The notes beneath the pieces are model-generated. The model saw only the letters and a list, made by a program, of their open reading frames with translations, did not search any database and was not told where the DNA came from. From Gemmatimonadota bacterium (GTDB lineage: Bacteria > Gemmatimonadota > Gemmatimonadetes > Gemmatimonadales > GWC2-71-9), in contig QHUY01000007.1 of assembly GCA_003223415.1 (NCBI GenBank), forward strand, positions 1 to 54,161: 54,161 nt of DNA, given 5' to 3'. Positions 1-7,319 of this stretch are shown piece by piece (the first letter of the stretch is position 1; each line of letters opens with the position of its first letter). A program made the position numbers and the translations under genes.

Positions 1-216
1 GATGCCATTCAGATAGGTGCCGTTGCGGCTGCCGAGGTCGATCAGACGCCAGCCGTCCGCGTCATGGCGTAACTGGGCGTGCTGAGCCGAAACGACTCTG
101 CCCTCGTCACCGGCGAACGTGATGGTGCTTGTCGGGTCGCGCCCGAGCCGCACCACCGATTCGCGCACCTCGCACACGCGCTGGGTGGCGGTGACGATCA
201 GTTTGAGGTAGGACAC
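1..216 (-). CDS. FHA-domain protein, 5' part (runs off the window edge; absent from the ORF track)
   Basis: Manual translation from GTG at 216: VSYLKLIVTATQRVCEVRESVVRLGRDPTSTITFAGDEGRVVSAQHAQLRHDADGWRLIDLGSRNGTYLNGI. It carries the FHA motifs GR, SxxH and DLGSxNGTxLNG. Confidence 0.88.
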   Translation of the reverse strand, partial: MSYLKLIVTATQRVCEVRESVVRLGRDPTSTITFAGDEGRVVSAQHAQLRHDADGWRLIDLGSRNGTYLNGI

Positions 217-691
217 GGGCCGCTAGTAGGAGCCGCCGGAGGCCGTCAACGACCCGGAGCAACTCACATCGGGGGTTGGCCTCGCGGCTTGCGGAAGCGG
301 CGGTCGGGCAAGACGCGGCGATCCTCCCGTCCCCGTCGCGGCGCCACGCGACGCTCCGCACCGGCCCGACGGTCGGAGCCACTGTCGGTGCTTGGCGCTC
401 GGCGGGCTCGGCCGCTGCGTGCCGGATTACGGACTGGAGGTTGATGCTGACTTGCGCCAGTGTCGTTACATCTACCGTACGCTTGGCGCCGGGATTCATC
501 CAATGCGAGAGGGCCGCGTGAGCCACGTCCAGGGTGTGAAGGCTGGGCTGGACGTCGACAACAGTGGCGGTGGCTTGCAGGGTGCCACGAGACTGGGCTT
601 CTGCGAGTGACGGCAGGGCCAATGCGACCCCGGAGTAGGCCAAGACGGTTGCGGCTACCCTGAGAATCGTCCTGCGATCGGCTACAGCCAC
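107..691 (-). CDS. Secreted hypothetical protein with a pilin-like N-terminal strand; 3' end uncertain
   Basis: GGGAG lies upstream of GTG 691. Signal peptide ...ALALPSLAEA|Q is followed by SRGTLQATATVV. The C-terminal part overlaps the FHA gene by 110 nt and looks non-native. Confidence 0.5.
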   Translation of the reverse strand: MAVADRRTILRVAATVLAYSGVALALPSLAEAQSRGTLQATATVVDVQPSLHTLDVAHAALSHWMNPGAKRTVDVTTLAQVSINLQSVIRHAAAEPAERQAPTVAPTVGPVRSVAWRRDGDGRIAASCPTAASASREANPRCELLRVVDGLRRLLLAARVLPQTDRHRHPARVRGARIGGAARARPDKHHHVRR

Positions 692-828
692 CTTGGGCTC
701 CCGGCTTGGGTGAGAGGTCACTTCCGCCCAGAGACAAGGCACGCCTCATTCCACTGGTGTCTGTCATATATGTTAAATCACATCATATAGTTATGATCGT
801 TACCCTGGTCTCAACTCATGGGAAATTC

Positions 829-922
829 GTCGTCTTTTTTGACAGCGCTCTGTATTGTATTCGCTAAGCGCTGGTACTATCTTCGCCAGCTGTTCGGAGG
901 CCATTTCGTCAAAAATATCGAC
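829..922. promoter_or_regulatory. Pair of GTC-N9-GAC boxes, candidate enhancer-binding-protein sites
   Basis: GTCGTCTTTTTTGAC at 829-843 (reverse complement GTCAAAAAAGACGAC) and GTCAAAAATATCGAC at 908-922 are related inverted copies in an AT-rich intergenic region upstream of a sigma-54 motif. Confidence 0.45.
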
Positions 923-945
923 AGTGACTAGGTGTTGCACGCATG

Positions 946-961
946 CGGCACAGGTCTTGCC
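946..961 (+). promoter_or_regulatory. Sigma-54 (-24/-12) promoter of the pilus operon
   Basis: CGGCACAGGTCTTGCC matches the TGGCAC-N5-TTGC consensus with exact GG-N10-GC spacing, about 100 nt upstream of the first pilin ATG. Confidence 0.7.
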
Positions 962-1057
962 CTAACGGTGTTGCGGCAGGCGGCGGAAGCGCAAGCAACC
1001 CCGCTAGTTGCTAGAGGTTACCAGCAGACACGATATAACCCGGAGAGGGAAGACCAG

Positions 1058-1558
1058 ATGAACACTGCTTCGAAGCTCACGCTCGCCGCGCTCGCGCTGG
1101 TAGTTGCTGGGGCCACCACGGCCCAGGCCCAGGGCGTCAACGGGAGCATCACGGCGACTGCCAGCGTGCAGGCGCCGATCACGGTCAGCGGCACGCGGGG
1201 CCTGGATTTCGGCAACGTATTCCCTGGCATCAGCAAGACTATCGCTGTGGGCGACCCCGGCGCCGGCCTCTTTAGCGTCACTGGTCAGGCGAGCACCCAG
1301 ATCACCTACGCCTTCACGCTGCCGGGCAACCTGACGTTCGGCCTTAACAACCTGCCGATCAGCCCGTGGACTGGTTACGTGAACACCACGAACTCCACCT
1401 CGGGTGGTTCGACCTTCCCTCCCTCGGCGGTGGCGGCCAACGCCACGCTGAGCGGCAGCGGCGCCCTCTTCTTCTTCGTCGGTGCCACAGTATCGCCGCC
1501 GAATAACCTGCCGGCAGGGTCGTATACCGGTACGGTGACGTTGACGGTGTCCTACTAA
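1058..1558 (+). CDS. Putative major pilin, DUF4402-like
   Basis: RBS GGAGAGGGA before ATG 1058. Signal peptide AQA|Q, LDFGxV motif, Gly/Thr/Ser-rich beta content, C-terminal GSYTGTVTLTVSY strand. Confidence 0.8.
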   Translation: MNTASKLTLAALALVVAGATTAQAQGVNGSITATASVQAPITVSGTRGLDFGNVFPGISKTIAVGDPGAGLFSVTGQASTQITYAFTLPGNLTFGLNNLPISPWTGYVNTTNSTSGGSTFPPSAVAANATLSGSGALFFFVGATVSPPNNLPAGSYTGTVTLTVSY

Positions 1559-1586
1559 TCGGACAACGATTAGGCGGTCTGCTGGC

Positions 1587-1627
1587 CTGCGCCGGCAGGG
1601 GTAGCTCGACCCCCCCTGCCGGCGCAG
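1587..1627 (+). terminator. Strong GC hairpin after the major pilin (attenuator or mRNA stabiliser)
   Basis: CTGCGCCGGCAGGGG...CCCCTGCCGGCGCAG forms a 15-bp perfect stem with no long U tail. Confidence 0.65.
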
Positions 1628-1651
1628 TCGCAAATAGGCCACTCATTGATC

Positions 1652-2119
1652 ATGCGCTTCCGTCCGCTCTCGCTCGCGCTCGTCCTGTTGGGCCCGGCAT
1701 CGCTCGCGGCCCAGGGCAAGCCCATCACGGTCCAGGGGGTGCGATCCCTGACGTTCGGAGCGGTGCTGCCGGGAGTGCCGCGCGTGATCTCGCGGACCGA
1801 TCCCGTGAACAGCGGGCAGTACGATATTACCGGCGCGAACAACAACCAGGTGCAGCTCAGCTTCACCCTTCCGAACGTCATGAACGGGCCGGCGGGCGCG
1901 ACGATGCCTATCGTCTTCGGCGGTAACGACGCTGGCTACTCTCAGTCTCAGGCGATCGGGAGCCAGGTGGCGTTCGATCCGAAGCAGTCGTTCCTGGCGA
2001 CCCTGAACAAGAATGGCCGGGGATCCGTCTTCGTGGGCGCGACGGCGCGGCCAACTCCCACGCAGCGGGCCGGCAGCTACACGGCGACGCTCACACTCAC
2101 GGTGGCCTACTTCCCATGA
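1652..2119 (+). CDS. Pilin-like subunit 2 (DUF4402-like), lacking an N-terminal extension
   Basis: Signal LAA|Q; LTFGAV, FTLP and GSYTATLTLTVAY motifs shared with 1058..1558. Confidence 0.8.
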   Translation: MRFRPLSLALVLLGPASLAAQGKPITVQGVRSLTFGAVLPGVPRVISRTDPVNSGQYDITGANNNQVQLSFTLPNVMNGPAGATMPIVFGGNDAGYSQSQAIGSQVAFDPKQSFLATLNKNGRGSVFVGATARPTPTQRAGSYTATLTLTVAYFP

Positions 2120-2949
2120 GCCGCGGGCTGCTGGTGCCCCTGGTGCTGCTCACCGTGGCAGCCGCCACGCTTGCGGCCCAAGGTGTGGTGATCGCTCCCC
2201 ACGCGGTTTACATCGACGCGCGGGTCCGTAGCGCCTCGGTCCTGCTCTACAATCCCAACCCGGAGCCGGCGGAAGTCACGATCTCGACCTTTTTCGGCTA
2301 CCCGGTGACCGATTCGCTGGGGCGTATCGTGCTGCGCACGGTGGACCGCCCCGACTCGACGGCACCGTCGGCCGCCGGGTGGATCCAGGCATTTCCCCGG
2401 CGGCTCACGGTCGTGCCGCTCGAGCGTCAGACCATCCGCCTGCTCGCCACACCGCCGCCAAGCCTGCCCGACGGCGAGTACTGGGCGCGCCTCGTGATCG
2501 CGGCCAAAGGCGGCCAAGTGCCCATCACGGGCGTGACCGACACGGCCAAAGTCAAGGTCGGCCTCACCCTCGAGGTGCGGACGATCATCGGGATGGCGTA
2601 CCGCAAGGGCGCGGTGCATACCGGGGTCGCGATCTCCCGCCTACGTGGTGCGGTGGTCGGTGATTCGCTCGAAGTCTGGAGCCGGATCGAGCGCCAGGGG
2701 AACGCCGCCTACGTCGGTACGATTCACGGCTCGCTGGTGGACTCCGCGGGTCGGGTGCGGGCCGAATTCCGCGCGCCGATCGGCGTCTACTACATGCTGG
2801 AACCTCGCTACGCGGCCGCCGTGGGCGCTCTGGCACCGGGCCGCTACTGGCTGAAGCTCGAGCTGACGACGGAGCGCGAGGACCTCGCGCCCGAGGTGAT
2901 CCTGCCGAGCGCGGCCGTCCGCGACTCGGTCGAACTGCGGATCCCGTGA
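2116..2949 (+). CDS. Putative periplasmic pilus chaperone (PapD-like)
   Basis: Signal peptide; VVIAPxxVYI...SVLLYN, FPRRLTVVPLERQTIRL, LPDGEYW and GNA motifs typical of fimbrial chaperones; ATGA-coupled to the pilin. Confidence 0.75.
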   Translation: MSRGLLVPLVLLTVAAATLAAQGVVIAPHAVYIDARVRSASVLLYNPNPEPAEVTISTFFGYPVTDSLGRIVLRTVDRPDSTAPSAAGWIQAFPRRLTVVPLERQTIRLLATPPPSLPDGEYWARLVIAAKGGQVPITGVTDTAKVKVGLTLEVRTIIGMAYRKGAVHTGVAISRLRGAVVGDSLEVWSRIERQGNAAYVGTIHGSLVDSAGRVRAEFRAPIGVYYMLEPRYAAAVGALAPGRYWLKLELTTEREDLAPEVILPSAAVRDSVELRIP

Positions 2950-3302
2950 TGCGCCGCGCGCTCGGTGTGGTCCTCTGGGCCGCGCTCGTCGCCATGCCCC
3001 GCCCGGCTCATGGGCAGAACAGCGGCGGGATCAGCGTCGACGCCGAGGTGATCGCTGTCGGGATGACCGTTACGAAACTGAGCGATCTCAACTTCGGACA
3101 GGTCACGAAGGGGATCGCGACTTCGGTGCTGCCGACCGACGCCGGCGCCGGCGAGTGGCAGGCGCTGGGGAACAAGAATGCGAACGTACAGATCACGTTC
3201 ACGCTGCCAACGCAGCTGACTAACATTCAGGCGTTGCCGGGCAGCACGATGCCGATCACCTTCAGCGCGACGTCAGCGCGCTGGCGCCGGGATGTCAACT
3301 AG
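2946..3302 (+). CDS. Pilin-like subunit 3, C-terminally truncated
   Basis: Signal AHG|Q, LNFGQV and FTLP motifs present, but the ORF stops after 118 aa without the GxYxxTxTLTVxY strand. Confidence 0.7.
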   Translation: MMRRALGVVLWAALVAMPRPAHGQNSGGISVDAEVIAVGMTVTKLSDLNFGQVTKGIATSVLPTDAGAGEWQALGNKNANVQITFTLPTQLTNIQALPGSTMPITFSATSARWRRDVN

Positions 3303-3307
3303 CCCCC

Positions 3308-5896
3308 ATGCTGCCCGGTCGGGGGGGGAGGGGGGGCACGCTCCTGTCGCTGCTCCCGCTCCAACTGTTGGCCGGCGCTCTGTCTGCCACGGTTCCGCGC
3401 CCTCCCGCCGACACCGAGCCCGAGCCGGTGATCCTCGAGCTGCAGCTCGGGCGGCTCGCCAGTCGCACCGTGCCGGCGTTCCGGGTCCGCAGCGAGGCGC
3501 TGGTACCGATGTCCGAGTTCCTGCAGCTCGCCGAGGTCGGCTACGTGCTCAGTCCGGAAGGGCGGATCGAGGCGTCGATCGATCCGGGCGGCCGCAAGCT
3601 CGTCATCGACGCGCGCCGTGACACGATGAGCTACGGGGACCACCGGGTGCGACTCGAACCGGAGTTCCGGCTGTTCCGCAACGGCGAGCTCTTCGTCGGC
3701 GCCGAGCGTCTAGGTGACCTGCTCGGCGTGCGGATCGTGGTGAGCTGGGCCGACCTCACCGTCGTCGTCACCGATGCGAGCGGCCTGCCGGTGGGCCGGC
3801 GGGCGCAGCGCGAGGCGGCGCGCGCGGCGTTTCGGCGCCGCTTCGCCGGGCCCCCGCCGGAGCTGGCCTTGGCCTTGGAGCGGCCGCGCTGGGATGGGAT
3901 GGTGGTCGATTACTCGTTTCTCGCGCCCAGCAGCGGCGTGGGCGCGGGCGGCGCGTACAGCGTCGCGGTCGGCGCCGACGCGTTCGGGGGCTCGCTCGAG
4001 CTAGGCGCGTCGAGCGTCGGCCGCCTCGACGCGGGCGTGGCGCGCATCGATGGCTCGTGGACCGGCGTCTGGCGGGACAGCCGTTGGCTCAGGCAGGTGC
4101 GCCTCGGTGACGGGCCGGTGTCGGGGCCGAACCCATGGATCCAGCGCGGGGTCTTGGCCACCAATGCCCCGTTCGTCCGCCCTTCCTTCGTCGGGACGAC
4201 GCGATACGACGGGCGTCTCGAGCCGGGGTGGGCGCTCGAGGCCTACCGCGGCTCGGAGCTCGTCGCCTTCGACTCCACCGACGCCCAGGGGCGCTTCGCC
4301 GTGGACCTGCCGGTGCGCTACGGGGAGAACCCCGTGGACTTCGTGGCGTACGGGCCGTTTGGACAGATCCGGCAGTTCAACCGCACCTACCGCGTGCTGA
4401 GCGAGCTGCTGCCGGCGCGGACGTTCGAGTACGGCGTGTCCGGCGGCGTCTGCCGGACGCCCCAGTGCGCAGCGACGACGAACCTCGACCTGCGCTACGG
4501 GATCTCCCCGCGCGCCACCGTGCAGGCGGGCTTCGACCGGTTCTGGCGGGACACCCTCCCCGACCTGTTTCATCCTTACGGCGCGGTGACCGTCGCGCCG
4601 ACGACGACGTGGGGTATCGAGCTCGACGGTGTCGGCGGCGCGCTCGCACGGGGCACCCTGCGCTACGAGCCGTCTCTCGACTTACGCCTGATGGCGTCGT
4701 ACACGGCGTTCGACCGCGGCACCGTCGCACCGATTCTCTCGCCGGCGGGACAGCGCTCCGACTGGCAGGTGCTCGGGTTCCTGCGCCCGATCCCGGGGCA
4801 GGGGTTCTTCTACCTCGAGAGCAGCCTGGAGCAGGCCGCGAGCGACGCGGGGACCATTACACGGGCCCGCCTCGGCGCGTCGCTGCAGGCGAACGAAGTG
4901 CGGGTGCTCCCCTACGTCCGTCTCGAGCGGGACGTGACGACGCGAGGGTTCATGGGCGTCAGCACGTCAGTGCTGCCGCGACCACAGTGGGGGCCGGTCT
5001 TCGGCAATGTGCTGCTGCGCTCCTCGATCGAGTGGCAGCAGGCGGGGCCCGCACTGGTCCGGCTCAATTCGTACGCACTCTCGGCCGCCCGGCCGATCGG
5101 GCCGGCAACGCGCCTGGAGGCGGGCGTGAGCTGGACCAGAGGAGGCCAGGGGGCGACGCTACAGCTGGCTTTGTCGAGCTACCTGCCGATGCTGCGCTCG
5201 TACACGACGGTGACCGCGCCTGCCGCGGCCCCCGCGTTCGCCACCCAGTACGTGCAGGGCTCGCTGCTGTGGGACCGGCGGGACGGCCGGCTCACCGGCG
5301 CGCCGGGGCCATCGCTGGAGCGGTCGGGGCTGACGGGACGGGTGTTCCTCGACGAGAACGGCAACGGTCGCTACGACCCGGGTGAGCCGACGCTGCCGCG
5401 CGTGCGCGTGCTGGTGGGCTCGAGCAGCGCGACCACCGACTCGAGCGGGGTGTTCCGCGTCTGGGACATCGTGCCGTTCGAGCCGATCCTGGTGACCGTG
5501 GATTCGCTCACCCTGGAGTCGCCGCTCCTCGTGCCGGTGTACGCCGCCGCGAGCATCGTGCCGGGCCCGAACCGGTTCCGCACGCTTGACATCCCGATCG
5601 TGCAGGCAGGCGTAGTCGAGGGACAGGTAGTGCGGGCCGAACAGGGAGGCGGGGTTGGCGGCGTCACGCTGCTGCTGACCGAGCGCAACAGCGCCGCGCA
5701 GCGCACGGTCACCACATTCAGCGACGGGGGCTTCTATACGCTCGGAGTGAAGCCTGGTGACTACCAGTTGACGGTGGCGCCGCAGGTGTTGGAGGCGCTG
5801 GGCGTGCGGGCTGTGCCGCTGCGCTTCACGCTGGCGCCCGGCGCGCAAGGCGTCGGCCGTTCCGGAATCGAGATCCGGCTCACCCCGACGCGGTAG
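3308..5896 (+). CDS. Usher-like outer-membrane assembly protein with C-terminal SdrD-B/carboxypeptidase-regulatory-like domains
   Basis: 862 aa; alternating beta-barrel strands; plug-like LEAYRGxELV...GRFxVDLPxxYGEN segment; GRVFLDENGNGRYDPGE; last gene of a pilin-chaperone operon. Confidence 0.7.
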   Translation: MLPGRGGRGGTLLSLLPLQLLAGALSATVPRPPADTEPEPVILELQLGRLASRTVPAFRVRSEALVPMSEFLQLAEVGYVLSPEGRIEASIDPGGRKLVIDARRDTMSYGDHRVRLEPEFRLFRNGELFVGAERLGDLLGVRIVVSWADLTVVVTDASGLPVGRRAQREAARAAFRRRFAGPPPELALALERPRWDGMVVDYSFLAPSSGVGAGGAYSVAVGADAFGGSLELGASSVGRLDAGVARIDGSWTGVWRDSRWLRQVRLGDGPVSGPNPWIQRGVLATNAPFVRPSFVGTTRYDGRLEPGWALEAYRGSELVAFDSTDAQGRFAVDLPVRYGENPVDFVAYGPFGQIRQFNRTYRVLSELLPARTFEYGVSGGVCRTPQCAATTNLDLRYGISPRATVQAGFDRFWRDTLPDLFHPYGAVTVAPTTTWGIELDGVGGALARGTLRYEPSLDLRLMASYTAFDRGTVAPILSPAGQRSDWQVLGFLRPIPGQGFFYLESSLEQAASDAGTITRARLGASLQANEVRVLPYVRLERDVTTRGFMGVSTSVLPRPQWGPVFGNVLLRSSIEWQQAGPALVRLNSYALSAARPIGPATRLEAGVSWTRGGQGATLQLALSSYLPMLRSYTTVTAPAAAPAFATQYVQGSLLWDRRDGRLTGAPGPSLERSGLTGRVFLDENGNGRYDPGEPTLPRVRVLVGSSSATTDSSGVFRVWDIVPFEPILVTVDSLTLESPLLVPVYAAASIVPGPNRFRTLDIPIVQAGVVEGQVVRAEQGGGVGGVTLLLTERNSAAQRTVTTFSDGGFYTLGVKPGDYQLTVAPQVLEALGVRAVPLRFTLAPGAQGVGRSGIEIRLTPTR

Positions 5897-5940
5897 GCGG
5901 GACGGCAGGCGCGGCCGGCGCCGGTTATGTTTGCGGCCGC

Positions 5941-7263
5941 ATGAATCGCCTCGGCTGGATTGACGCTCCAGGGCGGTCGCTCGCCCAATTCGCACGGCTC
6001 GCGGCGTTCGCCGAGGCCGCGCGCGCCGGCGGACTCACCCATACGCTCGTCTGCGGGATGGGTGGGTCGAGCCTCGCGCCGCGGGTCCTGGCCGCCACGT
6101 TCGAGCGCTCCAGCCTCGAGGTGCTCGACAGCACCGACCCCGCCGCGGTGCTCGCCGCCGAGCGTTGGCACGATCCCCACGAGACGTTGTATCTCATCGC
6201 CAGCAAATCCGGCACCACCGTGGAAACGATCGCGGCCTATCGCTACTTCGCGGCCCGCGCCCGGCCGGACCAGTTCGTCGCCGTCACGGATCCCGGCACG
6301 CCTCTCGAAACGCTCGCTCGCGAAGCCGGCTTCCGCGCCGTGTTCGAGCATCCCGCCGACGTCGGCGGCCGGTACGCGGCGTTGACGGTGGTCGGCATGC
6401 TGCCGGCGGCGCTCCTCGGGGTCGACGGCGCCACGTTGCTCGAGCGGGCGCTGGCATTGGACGTGGCGGCTGCCAAGGCGCTCGGCATCCGGCTCGCCGA
6501 GGCCGCTGTCGCGGGTCGGGACAAGCTGGCGCTCCGACCGCCGCCCCCCACGGCAAGCCTGGCGGGCTGGATCGAGCAGCTGGTAGCCGAGAGTACGGGA
6601 AAAGAAGGGCGGGGAGTGGTTCCCGTCGTCGGCTGCCCGGACACCGGCGGGCCCGACGTCCAGGCGATCAGCGAGTTCTCGGCGGATCCGCTGGACCTTG
6701 GCGCCGAGTTCCTGCGGTGGGAGTATGCGACGTGGGCGCTATGCGAGCGGCTGGGCGTGAACGCATTCGACCAGCCGGACGTCGAGGCCGCCAAGACGTT
6801 CGCCCGTGCGGCGCTGGAGCGGGCCCCGCGGGCCAGACCGGAGCGGCTGCCGACGCTCAGCCCCGAAGCGCTGCGTCGCGCCGCCAAGGCGCGCGACTAC
6901 TTCGCGATCCTCGCGTACCTGCCGCCCACGCCGGAGACTGAAGCGCGACTCGAGGCCGTGCGCGCGGCCTGGGGTCGGTCGCTGGCAGAGGGAGTGGGCC
7001 CTGTCACCACGCTAGGGTTCGGGCCGCGCTACCTGCACTCGACCGGTCAGCTCCACAAGGGCGGGCCGAACACCGGGCTGTTTCTGGTGATCACCGCCGC
7101 CGACGCCGTGGACGTCGACATCCCGGGGATGGGGCGAACGTTCGGGCAGCTCAAGCGGGCGCAGGCACTCGGCGACATCAAGGCGCTGCTCGCCAAGGGG
7201 CGGCGCGTCGCGCACGTGCACCTGGCACGCCCGGAAGACGTGACGGCGCTGGCCGCAGTCTAA
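5941..7263 (+). CDS. pgi: Glucose-6-phosphate isomerase (Tal/Pgi-type Pgi domain)
   Basis: GMGGSSL, SKSGTT, DVGGRY, EQLVAESTGK, FDQPDVE and LHSTGQLHKGG motifs. Confidence 0.85.
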   Translation: MNRLGWIDAPGRSLAQFARLAAFAEAARAGGLTHTLVCGMGGSSLAPRVLAATFERSSLEVLDSTDPAAVLAAERWHDPHETLYLIASKSGTTVETIAAYRYFAARARPDQFVAVTDPGTPLETLAREAGFRAVFEHPADVGGRYAALTVVGMLPAALLGVDGATLLERALALDVAAAKALGIRLAEAAVAGRDKLALRPPPPTASLAGWIEQLVAESTGKEGRGVVPVVGCPDTGGPDVQAISEFSADPLDLGAEFLRWEYATWALCERLGVNAFDQPDVEAAKTFARAALERAPRARPERLPTLSPEALRRAAKARDYFAILAYLPPTPETEARLEAVRAAWGRSLAEGVGPVTTLGFGPRYLHSTGQLHKGGPNTGLFLVITAADAVDVDIPGMGRTFGQLKRAQALGDIKALLAKGRRVAHVHLARPEDVTALAAV

Positions 7264-7319
7264 TGCCGTTCCACCCTGTTTCCCCCGCCTAACGTCTAGG
7301 CGAGAAGGTTGGAACGGCA
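7264..7319. mobile_element. MITE-like element, copy 1 (56 bp)
   Basis: Ends TGCCGTTCCACC...GTTGGAACGGCA, flanked by direct CTAA (7260-7263 and 7320-7323). Confidence 0.75.

Noticed and set aside
970-1030. Possible c-di-GMP (GEMM) riboswitch in the pilin leader (GCAAGCAACC...AGAGGTTACC)
   Set aside because: Only small hairpins are evident. The GNRA tetraloop/receptor two-stem architecture could not be built by eye; an Infernal/Rfam search would be needed.
932-1057. N-terminal extensions in the ORF track (e.g. 932, 9544, 22330, 22647, 31083, 36821, 40568, 45525)
   Set aside because: Downstream starts fit RBSs, signal peptides or stop-start coupling better.
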